From Gnetum montanum (lineage: Eukaryota; Plantae; Gnetophyta): DNA of 64,000 nucleotides. The first letter of the stretch is position 1, and each line of letters begins with the position of its first letter. Of the stretch, positions 1-13,315 are shown in pieces. The stretch covers positions 124,001 through 188,000 of the forward strand of contig MNCI01000651.1 in NCBI GenBank assembly GCA_015680685.1. The letters are read 5' to 3'. Both the position numbers and the translations under genes were made by a program. The notes beneath the pieces were generated by a model. The model worked only from the letters and a program-made list of their open reading frames with translations. It was not told where the DNA came from and did not search any database.

Positions 1-920
1 AGACTGTAATTGTAATTTTGATTAGATTCAAGACCAAAAATAATTTTCTTATTTTCCCATAAAAAATTTCTACCTTCTAGCCTTATTTTAGAAAAAAAAT
101 TTGGAACCTTTTAAAATGTGTAAAATAAAATTCATGACTCACAAGCTATGAATTTTATTATGCTAGTGTATAGAAGCTAAAGAGTTAAAAATGCTAGTAT
201 CCCATAAGATGTTGTTTTAGGTCATGAAAATTATCCAAATACACTATGTAATGGTTTAGAAAACATATGGAAATGTAACTAACATAGCAATAGGAAATTT
301 TAGGTCTATTTCAGCAGGTTAACCCCATTTCTAGATCTTTTCTATACAATGTTTGGTAAAGAAATCACTTAGCAACAACAAAACCAAAAGAGACCCTTTT
401 AGTAATGGAACAAAAATTATTATAGATTTTCATAGCCTTTTTTAGCATTTTTTAGTGTAGATCACTAAGAGCAGTAGACACAAAAGTAACATCAATTGTG
501 AAGTAGATCAATTGAGAAACAAGTGCAAATTTAAATGTAAAACAAACATTGGTTTCTATACCAGACATTAAAAGATATTCTCTATATTCTTAGGTTTTAA
601 AGCTAACAATATGCACTCTTTAAACATCTATTTTTAAAAATATTTATTTTTATAGTATTAAATATGATATTCTCAGTTTTTTGGCCACATTGTTTAGTAT
701 TTATCTTAATATATTCTCAGAATTAGCATTGAATGACTAATTTATACATTTGCACTTATTTACATTTATCACACCTAGTAATAGATTTTCTAAGTACTTA
801 TGTAATCCGAAAGACTGCCTAAGGTACTTTAAATCCTTCTCAGACCCATGGTTCTTAAGGCTAAAACTATTTTGCACATATTCTCTTGGTTTTCTAGCAT
901 TAAGTTTTTCCATCATTATA
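1..920 (+). repeat. 5' LTR (3' part) of Tat/Ogre-like element Z
   Basis: Ends ...catcattata, like the end of V's LTR (...catcgttata at 50491). Followed by a T-rich spacer and PBS. Its reverse complement resembles the LTR ends at 13316, 19651 and 24392. Confidence 0.65.
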
Positions 921-926
921 GTTTTT

Positions 927-943
927 TGGTGCTAGAAGGAGGG
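927..943 (+). promoter_or_regulatory. PBS (tRNA-Asn) of element Z
   Basis: tggtgctagaaggaggg, near-complementary to the 3' end of plant tRNA-Asn(GUU) (...CCCTCCTTCTAGCG-CCA). Same motif at 50498, 19639(-) and 24385(-). Confidence 0.8.
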
Positions 944-1236
944 TGTTTGTCTAACTTCATTAAAAATTCATCTACAAACATTTTTCTTCCTTTTTTTTCT
1001 TTTTCATAGTAGCATAATTAACAAAACAAAAACTTTTTGGGTTTTTTGTAATTCCAACATTTTGCACTATTGTCAGTTTTCATTGTGAGATTTGAAAAAT
1101 TTTAATTAAAAATTATTTTTTCTATTTTTATCATTGAAATGGATAGGGCTATCCTTGTTCCCTATATTTTTATTATTTAAAAATTATTTTCATAGTTGCA
1201 ATATGTAGCATTTTTCCTACATTGTACATTTGTAGT

Positions 1237-2031
1237 TGATGGGACGTGATATCGCATGGGCCGTGATATCGCGTCATCCCCTGTGATATCGTGGTGTGCC
1301 GCCAAGTCTATAAATAAGAGGCGGCTCTCCCTTGTTTCTCATCCTAGGCTTAGACCATAGTGAAAATCTGGTAGTTTGATCCCTCCAGAGATAGAATATT
1401 TTTCATGTGCCCGCAATAGGAACTCCAAAATGAACGGATCTTTATTCGAGCAGACATTGTACCTGAACACAAGTTTGCGGCAATAAAGATGAAATTCTTG
1501 GATAAACCTTGTAGTGCATGGAATAGGCTAATTGGGAATTTATTTATTATTATTTATTATTCATCATTTAAATTCTTTGTTAGTAATTAAATCTCTCTCA
1601 ATCCTTCTCTCCTAGTTAAGTGCCTCAGTACGACCACTTCGAGCACGTGTGTTACACTTGGTGATCCCAACAACGATTAACGTTTGGTAACCAAGGTTGC
1701 ATCGGTTTATGGTGTGAATGGTAAGTGGGAATGGATGATGAAACTAGGTTAATTAAGGCTTAGTTAGTTAGTTAGAGTTATTTAATTATTCTCTTCAACC
1801 CTTCACCTCTTCGCATATGAGATAAAATAGAAAAGACATAAAAATCATATACCTCAGAATTCCTTAACCATACAACCGTGACAACTACAAGTAAGTCTGG
1901 GAAGACAATGAATGATTAACCCTAAGTGTTCCATGAGGCATGTAGGCACTTAGTCTACAGAGTTCTACTAGATCGCACATGCTACGCTCATATTCGTATG
2001 GTTGAGCATAGGGGTACCTCGCCACTCATCA
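1237..2031 (+). repeat. 5' LTR of element A
   Basis: Direct repeat of ~7541-8322, TATA-like tataaata at ~1308, terminal inverted tgatg/catca. Confidence 0.9.
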
Positions 2032-2032
2032 T

Positions 2033-2050
2033 TGGCACTGTTGCCAGGGA
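2033..2050 (+). promoter_or_regulatory. PBS (tRNA-Asp, Athila type)
   Basis: tggcactgttgccaggga versus the Athila consensus TGGCGCCGTTGCCGGGGA (transitions only). Confidence 0.85.
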
Positions 2051-2279
2051 CTAGGTGTTTGTGCGCTAAGTAGAACATAGGATATCACTCACATTTTTGG
2101 GAGCTTAAACGAACCTTAGGGTTAATTAAACAAAAAAATTATATAACGGTTAATCAGCACACTGAATTAAGTCAAGATTTCTTCTTCTTCGAACAAAAGT
2201 AATGAACGGATAATACAAGAAATAGTTGGCAATCTAAAACACATAACCAAAATTCGCTAGTTCCTCAACAATACCAAGT

Positions 2280-5181
2280 GGTATATACTCATCCCGATGA
2301 GTACATACCAGACTTTACCTTTATCCTCCATCAAGATGAATAGCTGTGATGGAGAGACTTGCAAGGTAACATCATGTTACCTTCAAATCGATCAGTCCCA
2401 AACATGCTTATTCGCGCTCTTGCACAGATCGGCATGACACAGCTATATGTTGAATATGTTATAGGTGATTTTGATGCAAGGGATTACCATCCCATAGCAG
2501 CACAACATATAAGGGACTCAAGGTAGGAGATCCACCATACACTATTGAAGGAAAAAGGGTTCCCACACATCCTAAGTGAAATTGGAGATGGTGAACCACT
2601 TATAATGGGTTCTTTATCAAATGATGTTCCTCATCCTAACGATAGTGAGAAGGTGGGGTATCAAAACCTACGCTCCACAATACACAACCCTAGTTCTGAT
2701 CCCCATGAATGCCAATTTTTCACTGAGGAAACAACAACACATGACAAGGATGGGCACTTGGATCATCATCATGATCGGGGCCATAGTAGCCAAAGAGAAG
2801 GTAAGAAGCATCGTCATGGTGATGGTTCTCCTTCTTATTCTCCTTCATCACACCACTCACCCTCTTCTTCCACATCTAGGCACAGCCATCAAGAGCATAA
2901 CAGTGAGGATAGAGGTAGGCAAAATGAGAGACCTCGATGAGAGAGTCGAGAGAGAGGACAAGGGCATGAATGAAGGGAAAGTAGGGAACAACGTAGACAC
3001 CATAGACTTCATGAAAGAGATGATCATGATGAGCCCCTACTTGCAGCCTAGAGTATGCTAGATATCATAGAGGTAGTGAGAATACTGACAAGGCATCAAA
3101 GAGATAGTCGGATTAAGTGTTTAGACATGAACAATATCTCACGCTTTGAGGGGGGATACAATGTTGATCCGCAAAATCATTTACAGGAATTCCACGATGC
3201 CTGTGCCTTGCAAAACATAGAGAACGAGTGGAAAAAATTGAAGTTGTTTCCTAGGACACTCACAAAGGAAGTAGAGAGTTGGTACCGGTGCTTAGAGCTG
3301 GAAACCATTAGGAGGTGGAGTACAATGTTAGAATTATTTAATGATAAGTATCAAACATACTCCAGAGTGTCTAACTTATGTAAGCAGATCCAAGGATTGA
3401 AGCAAGGTACTCATGAACCCTTGGATGCTACCATGGGCTAATACTATGCATTGTTACATCGTTGCCTGGGCCATGGTTACGCACAGCGGGATCAACTCCA
3501 CCGCATCATAGATGGGCTAAGACATGAGACTAGGAGAACCCTTGGGACTTATGCCCAAGTGAGACTATCAGAATTTAGAGCCCATGAGATTCATCAATTG
3601 TTGGAGAAAGTAGCCAAAGAAGAAGGGGAGCTATGAAAAAGAGAAAGTGCGAAAGAATATAACCGTGATCCTTCCCTTCGAAAGAAGGGAGTGAGATTTT
3701 GTGATGAGGAGGATGAGTCACCACTCGAAGAGTTGGTGAATAGAAAAACCTTGCCAATTCAAAAGCTAACAACAGAAGTATCAGCTAAGGTGGATCAATT
3801 GTGGGATTCCTTAGACTCTAGACTTGAAACTATCCTAAAAATTGTAGAGGATTCTAAGGAGGAATGAAGTAGTAACAAAGATAAGAAAAAGCAGAGAGAT
3901 TTAGGCCTTGCACATAACAAGGGTAAGGGAAAAATAACTATCTCCAATGAGGTTGTGGATTCTAACAAAAAAAATGACGGTGGATGTGAGATCTGCCAAT
4001 CTAACCATCCTAAGGGATGTTGTCCAATCATCTCACATCTACAATATTTTGGGATTTATGCACTCAACCCAAGACTTAACCAAAGGCAGGCACCCTGAAG
4101 GTTACCTTATCCCCAAGGTAACCCAAAGCAGTTCCACCAACCATTAACGTATTATCCAAGTGGAACTCCACCACAACCCATCAGACAACATCAGCAGTGG
4201 TAACACCCTCAGTCATGGGGGATGCCACCGCCTAAACATCAATACCCTTACCAGCAACCTGATCCTTAGGGCTATTATGTGTAGCAGCCGGTTTCTCCAA
4301 GTGACTCCATGGGTCACAAAACTCCCCAACGTCACTACCAAGTTTGGGAGTACTTTAGAAGGACTCCTTCTCCTCCAAGAGATGCTCCACACCCATACCA
4401 TCCTCCAAATCCATCTGCCTCTCTCACACCATTAGTTCTCATACCGCCCGCTCCAACAATGCAAGGGGAACTCCCCACTCAACCGCAGCAACACAATGCT
4501 ACGAGAGTTGTAAACATTTAAGCCACTGATGGTTTTGACAACTACAAAAATAGAAGACCTTTCTTTAGAACCAAAATCCCAGACAAGCTCTCACAATAAC
4601 AAGTGGTTGAGTCTATGCATGCTCCTCCAACATACAAGACTTCGGAGCTCCCTTTTGTCCAAAAATAGAGTTTCATGCATAAAGTTATGTTAACACATAC
4701 CATAATCAACTGGATCAAGGTAGGCCACCTTCCAAGGAAACTCTCTAACCCTGGGAGTCCCTTAATCTATCTACAAGTTGCTGAGAACGAATGTCATAAG
4801 GCTCTTCTTAACTAAGGTTTTGGAGTCAAATTAATCTCACGAGAAATGTATCAAGCCTGGAACCTACCCCAACTCAAGAAAAGAAATATTCAACTTGAGC
4901 TAGCTAACCAGTCCATCACCATTCCCTTAGGATTGGTGGAGGAAATCATTACCACTGTGTGTGGTTGGTTATACCCAGTTGATTTCTTGGTGATCGAAGT
5001 TAACAACAACGAAGGGGACTTCCCAATCATAATGGGAAGGGCATGGCTAAGCATAATAGACGCATGCCTAGGGATGTGCGATCTTTCCTTGGAGATATCT
5101 AAGATAAACATTTATGGAAAGATCGAGAAGAAGAAATTTTCGTGCATCACATATAGTGACTTAGAGGGTGATGACACGTAG
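2280..5181 (+). pseudogene. gag: Degenerate gag-protease of element A
   Basis: HLQEFHDAC..KLKLFPRTL..SWYRCL..FNDKY..GLKQG (retrotransposon gag, 3055-3640); CEICQSNH knuckle ~3984; P/Q-rich linker; protease ALLN*G..LELANQSITIPLGLVEE..PVDFLVI..PIIMGRAWL (4800-5181). Has stops and frameshifts. Confidence 0.85.
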
Positions 5182-5561
5182 GAATCATGGGTAATGAGAA
5201 ATTTAACATTTCCTGCATGTGACCGGTGTGCATCAATGGACAACATTCAAAGGTGCCTGTATGTAGTAACGACACAAGTAGTGGACACCCCATGGTTGAC
5301 AGCTAAATGACAGAGCAACCCATCAATATGCATGGAACAAACTAGGTAAACAACTCATGCCAACAATGAAGGCATAGATACATTGGAGTATGAGCATCGC
5401 CAACTTGCACCCCTTAATCTAAGAACATCAATGAGGAGAAATTGGGAACTTTTACAAAATTCAAATAGACATTCATTATTTCAGATCTCTCCCTTACAAT
5501 TTAGTCATGGGGGAGATGGCCACCTATGATGATTATTGGAGGCCCTCAGTCCTTTTATGTT

Positions 5562-5725
5562 TTTTTTTACACATTTTTGTTTTACACTTTTTTGTCTCAC
5601 ACATTTTTGTTTTACACATTTTCGTTTTACACGTTTTTATTTTACACATTTTTGTTTTACACGTTTTTGTTTTACACATTTTTGTCTTACAAGTTTTTGT
5701 TTTACACATTTTTGTTTTACAAATT
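5562..5725 (+). repeat. 15-bp minisatellite (TTTTACACATTTTTG)n, ~11 copies
   Basis: Directly visible tandem array; it produces the spurious ORFs at 5507-5872. Confidence 0.95.
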
Positions 5726-7540
5726 TCTTTAACTTTTCTTGTTTTTGTTTTACAACATCGTTATACTTTTTCATTTTTTGTGTGTGTTTGTGTGTGTGTT
5801 ATTCATCTTGTAAGTTTGTCACCCAATAAGTGTTCTTCCAAATGGTATGAACTATTTTTCATTGATTGCTAATGTTTGGTTTTTACCTTTAAGTTATGAT
5901 GTTGATACTAAGGTATGTTCTTTTGATATGATAGGCAATGAGTCCACTTCATCCATATATCCACAAGTTTCTATGGTCTCTCTCAGCTTGGAGATGTATA
6001 GTCCCTTTCTAAATAAGAACTATAACGAATCAGTGACTAGGTATTTCTCAAACTAAGGAAGGACTCAAGGATTGAAAAGGGTGTGATTCAAAGGAACTTG
6101 ATGCATTTGTGTTGGCCATTCTTTTGGGTGCTTGGATGTTTTCTTCTTGAGTTTTCTTACCATTCCAATGTTATCCAATTATTAGGAAGCTGAGCAAATA
6201 AATATAACAAGTCTTTGCATGGTGTGGTTCTCATGCATAAACACATAAAAACATTTAAAAAAGAAAAAAAAAGGAAAAAAAGTGAGAATTCAAAGCACAC
6301 TCCTTAGATGAAATAATTATTTGGGCTACAAGCACTGGTTATGGAACTGAAATAAAAATTTCCCTCTAACTAAGGCCCTCCTCACTTCCCATTCTCTCCT
6401 CATTTGTTTCGTCAGAATGGTGGTGGCTCTTAGGTGAAGGAATTTTTGTTATTCAAGGGGATGGATTGGCCGAATGCATTGATGTGAAGTCACTGGATGT
6501 GATTGGTTTATGGCCAGAGTTGGAATGAGATTTACCAAGTCACATTAATCATTAACTCCACAAGGGGCTGTACATCACCTTGTTCTTGAGACTCCATTCC
6601 ATTCTCTTTTCTCCCTTCTTCTCTCCATTATTCACCTCATTGCCAGTTGTGTCATTAGTGTATATTTTGGTGGATGCATTGTTTTCTTTTTGGTAAATTC
6701 TTGTAGTCAATACTTTAACTCTTGTTCCACATGACATTCCCAAAGCCTACGAACTCTTTGAATGTGGGTTTGTCAGGGCATTAAGGGCATGCGCTTGCTT
6801 TGGGGAGGACCCACTAACATTTCTATTTGATGCATCAGTTAATCTCTTTCCCCTAACATTTTTGCAATCCATTTTATTTTGTTCATTTCCATCTTGACAT
6901 TCATTTCATTGACGTTATATTTAGGTCTTTTTCTTCCTCTTTCTTATTCCTTTTCTTTTTCCATTCTCTCGCTACCATAGGTTCGTGATTAGTCATGGGG
7001 GTACAGGGCCCAATTTTTTCGATTTTCTCCTAGCCCCTACACCTTCAATAGTCATCATTAATATATCTCCAAATTTGTATTAGCCATACCACAACCCAGC
7101 CAATGGACCTTTTACAGAAGTTAGGTATCAATTACATGATGATTCATTTACCCTTGCTAATATAAAATTGTGTTGTGTGTGCAAATGGCAATCATGCAAT
7201 AACGGATTGGATCTAGAGGGAACCCTTGAAATGGAACGGTGCTGAAGTAGCTATGTAAGGAGCAAGATCGATGGTGCACTTACAAATGGATAACCAAAGG
7301 TGAAATCTTGGCATTGGCAGCAACACTTCTTTCTCTCTCTCTTTCTCAGCTACCAAATGAGGCCTGATGTCAATGTAATAAGGTGTTCACTCTTGTTTTC
7401 ATGAACACAAGTTTTGTTTTGTCTTGTAATGATGATCTGTTCACATGTCATCCCATTAGTTCCATTTGAGTCAATAATCCCATACCTTCCTGATGTTATT
7501 GTAAAGAACTCAAGGACGAGTTTTCATTTAGTCATGGGGG

Positions 7541-8322
7541 TATATTGCATCCCCCGCGATATCACGTATGCAATATCATGGTGTGCTACCAAGTATATAA
7601 ATAAAAGGTAACTCTCCTTTTTTTCTCATCCTAGGCTTAGACCATAGTGAAAATTTGGTAGTTTGATGCCTCCAGAGATAGAATATTTTTGATGTGCCCA
7701 CAGTAGGAACTCCAAAGTGAACGGATCTTTATTTGAGCAGACATTATACCTGAACACAAGTTTTTGTATGGCAATAAAGACAAACTTCTTGGATAAACCT
7801 TGCAGTGCATGGAATAGGCTAATTATGAATTTATTTATTGTTATTTATTATTTTTCATTTAAATGCTTTGTTAGTAATTAAATCTCTCTCAACCCTTCTC
7901 TCCTAGTTAAGTTCCTCAGTATGACTAGTTTGATCACGTGTGTTATACTTGGTGATCCCAGCAACGATTAGCATTTGGTAACCAAGGTTGCATCGGTTCA
8001 AGGTGTGAATAGTAAGTGGGAATGGATGCTGATGCTAGGTTAATTAAGGCTTAGTTAGTTAGTTAGAGTTAGTTAATTATTCTCATCAACCCTTCACCTC
8101 TTAGCATAGGAAATAAAACAGAAAAGACATAAAAATCAGATACCTCAGACTTACTTAATCATACAACCATGAAAACTACAAGTAAGTCTGGGAAGACAAT
8201 GAATGATTAACCCTAAGTGTTCCATGAGGTGTGTAGGAACTTAGTCTGTGGAGTTCGATCGGATTGTGTGTGCTACGCTCTTATTTGTATGGTTGAGTGT
8301 AGGGATACCTTGCCACTCATTA
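7541..8322 (+). repeat. 3' LTR of element A (preceded by PPT-like tttagtcatggggg at 7527-7540)
   Basis: Colinear with 1237-2031 except for a degenerate first ~40 bp; followed by TSD gtagt. Confidence 0.88.
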
Positions 8323-8327
8323 GTAGT

Positions 8328-10025
8328 TTTTCAAGTTTTCACAATTCTTTACATTTTCAATTGGACAAAATCTTTTCTCATATACACTAGAGAATTTTTT
8401 CATCCTTCCCAGCACTACTTAAATACACTAGGAAAAATTATAATTACAATTGCAATTGTAGTTCACTTTAATTTCCCTCCTCTTATACAAACATTTTAAT
8501 CAAGCATGCTACACTTTATTTACAATGTATTTGCATAGATTGTAGTTTCATGCACTACAATTTTATACACTATAGTTTTATTTGATTAGGTTTTATACTC
8601 TGCAAGATTTATATGATAAAATGTTTATATGGTACAAGCCACAACTTTTCTAAAGAGTTAAATCAACCATCCTATCACACTACATCATTTTCATGGCTAT
8701 GAATTGAAAATTCACTTGCATTTATGATCCTAAGGATCCATCTATAATGGAGCATAGGTAGTCCCTTAAGTTTATGGAATGCAACCTTGTGTAAGCTAAT
8801 ATTACCCAGGAATATTATAATTTCATCTGCATAAAATCTAGGTCATTCTACCTATTCCATGCAAAAAGTTAGACTCTAAGCATGAGTTTGAATTTTCCCA
8901 TAAGAATGAGAAGGGATATGTCCCTTTTCCATATGAAAAAATTGAGCTTTCAAAAATCTATGTCAACTTGTTAGTCCAATTAGTTGATGCTGATAAGGAA
9001 GTTACAAGAAGTGAGAAAGCTAGTTTTATTCAAGACCAAGAGAATCAAGATGAGTTTTGAGGATACTAAGATACTTATGCTCATGAGAATGAGCCCTCAT
9101 AATAATCCATCCTTGGCTTATTCATGAATAACCCATAGTATTCAATACAAGTAATAAGTTAGGTAATGTCCATAGCCTTCTTGTGTCATGTCATTCAACC
9201 ATCTTCCTAGGTCTCATTCCTATTCACAACCATGCTATTTGCATGCTAGCCTTGTTCCACACNTCTAGAACTAATGGGATCATCTTGGTAAAAATCTATA
9301 GCCTTTACCATTTTGTTAGTGTTGGCCTCAAGCTTTTTAGCTTCTTGGTAAGGCTTTGGATCAGTTGAAAGGCTTGATCCAAGGCCTAGGATGCTCCTAT
9401 AGGTTGTAAAGCTAGCTCAAAGGAAGCTTGAGCATCTTGAAGTCATGTGAATGATTGTAGCATGGATTAAAAAGATCTTGGGACCACTACTTCAAGGGGT
9501 TGAATAGAGAGAATGATGTTTAAACAAATATTTGTAGGATGAAAGGAATGAAGGGGATATGAGAAGTTTATGGGACTTGAGATCCTAAATAAGGGCCTAC
9601 TAAAGTATGAAATGAAGGTAGCATGGAAGAGGTCATTAGTGATGGATGTGTGGAACAAGGCTAGCATGCAAATAGCATGGTTGTGAATAGGAATGAGACC
9701 TAGGAAGATGGTTGAATGACATGACACAAGAAGGCTATGGACATTACCTAACTTATTACTTGTATTGAATACAACGGGTTATTCATGAATAAACCAANAC
9801 TTGGCCATATACTACGCTATGTAGCTTCCTCATGTCCTTTAATAGAAAAACCTTAGATTGGTATTAGATGTTACCTAGAGGTTTTATTTCCTTCCTAGAT
9901 GACTTGATAAACTAGTTTGTTAACTACTTCAAATATAACTTGAGACCTAAAACAATGCTAGATAAACTCACAAAATTGAGACAAGATTCCCTTGCACCTA
10001 TTCAAAAGTTCATTCAAAGATGGAA
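8328..10025 (+). pseudogene. gag: gag remnant of element Z (segment 9264-9797 is inverted)
   Basis: 9799-10025 reads WPYT..LDWY*MLPRG..FKYNL..KFIQRW, homologous to V gag 52090-52320. The minus strand of 9264-9360 reads KKLEAN..DFYQDDPIS, homologous to V 51890-51970. Confidence 0.75.
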
Positions 10026-10027
10026 TG

Positions 10028-13000
10028 TGTTGAACCCCATAACACTTCAATTTTTAGTCATATATGTTTACATTTTTAGTTTATTTTCTTTTTTACTATA
10101 TTAAAGATACTCAATTTTATAAATAGAATTTAATAAGTACTAATTTTCTTGTTGAGTTCTATGTATTGTAGGAAGTTTTGGTAGCAATGGAAATATATGT
10201 CCATTATATCAATACTCATACTAGCTGCAATATGGATTAATGACAAATTTTTGGGAAGAAAAAATCTTGTGATGAAATCAAGATATCGATTCTAGTTGCT
10301 AAGTGATCTAAATCAAGCATCAAAGATTCCAAAAATGATGATATAATTCAACAACTATGAAATGGATTCCTATCAAATTCTTTGATACCAATCAATTTTC
10401 AAGATGCTTATTTTTTCTAATTATTGTAAGTATTATAAATTATAAATAAGAAGGTCATTTATGAGGGAGGGGGATGCCGAATTTAAGAAATACCCATGCT
10501 AAACTAAATTCATTTTTATTTTGTACTAGAAGTGGGTATGGAAGATTGTTGATGCCTTGTGGCAATCAATAATCATTGATGTTATTAAGGTTGTGAAGTT
10601 ATTACATTGTGAAGGTAGCAAAGTAGGGTCATCTATTAGGTGATGTATCCTTTGTAATATTCTAATATTTATGATACATTTATATGTTTTTCAATTTTTT
10701 TAATCAATTTTTTTCATCTTTGAACTTAATATTAGAAGTTAGGATGAGGGCTTTTTAGTTTTACTTATGTGNAAGGATTTTGTACATTTTCAAATTTATT
10801 TCGGAGATTTAGTACTTTTTAACATGTATGCTATATTTTTCCTTTATTTTATTTTATTTCCTTTTATTAAGTAGTTTTTGAAATGGTTTCTTTTAATTTT
10901 TTTTCTTGTATTAAATTGTTTTAAAATAAGGAAAAGGTATAATCCCAAGAATCAACACCTTTTAATGTCCAACTTGTAGAGACTATAAATAAATTTGCAA
11001 TTAAGTTAACAATTTTAGGGGTAATTAAATCAATTCGTAGAGTCTTAGGATTAGTTGCCCACAAATGTGCTAAGGAGGAATGTGATTATTAAATGAAACC
11101 AACAAAGCAACCTAAAAACCCAACATGAATTCAACCTCCTAGGAACATCATTAGCCTTTATAAATGTACATGAATTAATTTATGACAAGATTAAGAGAAA
11201 CAAAGACAAAAACATCTAATTTCTTTTCCCTCTTTTAAAGAGCAACATTCTTTCAACAAAGGATATTCAATAGAGAATAGAAGGATACAATCCAACGTTT
11301 CCACATTTTTAATCCTCTATTCAATATTTAGACCTATACAATGGAAACTATGAGTTTAACTATGATGGCAAGTTCCCAAAATCAAAGTTTCAGCAAAATA
11401 TTAAGTAATGTAACCATGATGGAAGGAATCACCCAACCAATAAATACCTTGAGTTTGCAAACTCCAATAACATTAGTAGCCTCTGTTACTATACCAAGTC
11501 CAATTATAACCCCAATAATAACTTCTACTTTTATAATTGGATCTTCTTCACATCGTACATCTCTTCCACTTTCTTTTGGCTCAAGTCCTTTCTCCTTTGG
11601 TAGTTTAGGCTCTAAAATTCTAATTGGATTGGCCTAACAAGGACAAGCTCTTATGGATTTATTAAATCAAAGGACATCAATCATACCTCAAGGACCATAA
11701 GGTTTTCCACAAGGTAGAGATGTAGAGGTCAAAAATATTCACTTATTACTTATTTTTAGGGGAACAAATGATGAGGATCTAGTTACTCACATAAGAGAAT
11801 TTGAAACCACATTATTAATGCTAGCACCTCAAAGTGGGGATAGAATCAAAATGATTGGTTTTAAGTCAACCTTGAAATATGAAGCTATGTTTTGGCTACA
11901 AACCCTTGGGATACAAATTTTTTCATGGGATGGATTTAAGGCTGCCTTTCTCCAAATATTTCTCTCTAATGATAGGCTATATTGATTAAGAAAACAACTA
12001 ATGGGTTTACATGATTAATAAAGAAACAAGCTCATGTGGTGAAAAGTGAAGCATGTAGCCTTTGTGGTAGCCCATAACATGATTGAACCACTTGCCTAGT
12101 CTTATCATATTGTTGAGAGGATGTGCAAGAATTAGTGAAGGATTTTCAACAATATAGAATCCAACCAACAATCACTTTCCTACAAATATTACCTTTCCAA
12201 CAATATTATCCTCAAAATAATTTTAGATTGTTTAAGAGCTGAACTAATGATCACTTAGATAAATCCACTAAAAGTCTTACTTCCTTCATTAAGGAAAATT
12301 TGCAATTCATGAGTGAAACAACGATAAGATTTCAAGATGTAACAAAGAATGAATTACTTTCTCAATTTGAGCCAAATCCTACATCTCAAAGAAAGGGTAA
12401 GGAAAAACTACATTTCATTACTACTAGAAGTGGAAAGACCATTGAGCCAAGATCCCTAAAGAAGGTTAGATTTCAAGAATCTAAGGTACAAGAAAAATTT
12501 TAGCCACAAGTATTGAATGAAGAGGAAAACAACTAGTCAATAAGAAAAAGAGAACAATCATTAACCTCTTCTCCTTTGCCTAGACAAACAATCTTACCTC
12601 CTTTTTCTAAACAATTGCAAGAGGACTTTCCAGCCAAGGCCCATATAGAAAACTTTTTTACTGAATTATATTTGCATATTCCTTTAGAATGAGTTATAAA
12701 AGACACACCTCTTTATGCCAACTATTTAAGGGAACTATGCACTAAGAGAATGAAAGAAAAGATTCCTAGGCAAGTTTATTTGGTTGATAATCTATCTTAC
12801 CTATAAAAGTCCATGAAGTTCCAAAATACCAAAATCTAGGGGTTCCTAAATTCTAATTAGAATAAATGAATAGACTATAAGAATGCCCTATTGGATCTAG
12901 AAGCTACTATCAATATCATGGCATGTGAAGTGACTCGATCACTTAATCTAGAGGATATAAGAAAGGTAAACATGACAACATCATTGGTTGTTGATTCTAA

Positions 13001-13315
13001 TGTAAAACCTATACGAGTAGTGAAATATTTAATAGTAGAGGTTGAAAGAGAAAAATAATCTATTGATTTTGTAGTGTTGGAAGTAAAGGATCTAGATTTT
13101 TCTCCAATCATACTAGGTAGACCTTGGTTAGCAACAACTGATGTGGTAATCAATTGTATATAAGGGAAACTCCAATTATCTTTGCTAATCTTACTTTTAT
13201 GCTTAACATATTTCATAAAGAAAAAGAGGACTAATTGAACTAAGATTAAAATAAGAAAGTGTGCTCTATATAGTACCCACTTTAGCAATGGCATAAGATA
13301 GGGAAACATTGGTAT
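10028..13315 (+). mobile_element. Truncated Athila-type element B (putative LTR 10028-11258, gag-PR remnant 11340-13200)
   Basis: tgttga...tcaaca termini. Gag THIREFE..KSTLKYEAMFWL..SWDGFKAAFL; Athila signatures ITTRSGK and IPLE*VIKDTPLYANYLRELCT; protease ALLDLEATINIM..IDFVVL..PIILGRPWL. No PBS recognised. Confidence 0.7.

Larger units (their letters stand above)
1237..8322 (+). mobile_element. Complete non-autonomous Athila-type Ty3/gypsy element A (gag + protease only, TR-GAG-like)
   Basis: Paired LTRs 1237-2031 and ~7541-8322 with tgatg...catca/catta termini. TSD GTAGT at 1232-1236 and 8323-8327. tRNA-Asp PBS. No RT/RH/INT motifs inside. Confidence 0.9.

Noticed and set aside
5507-5872. 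Three overlapping hydrophobic ORFs (HIFVL/YTFLF/THFCF repeats)
   Set aside because: Translation of the 15-bp minisatellite, which has no stop in any frame.
9183-9727. Two ORFs with identical N-termini on opposite strands; possible miRNA-like hairpin
   Set aside because: Product of the N-bounded inverted duplication, most likely an assembly artefact.
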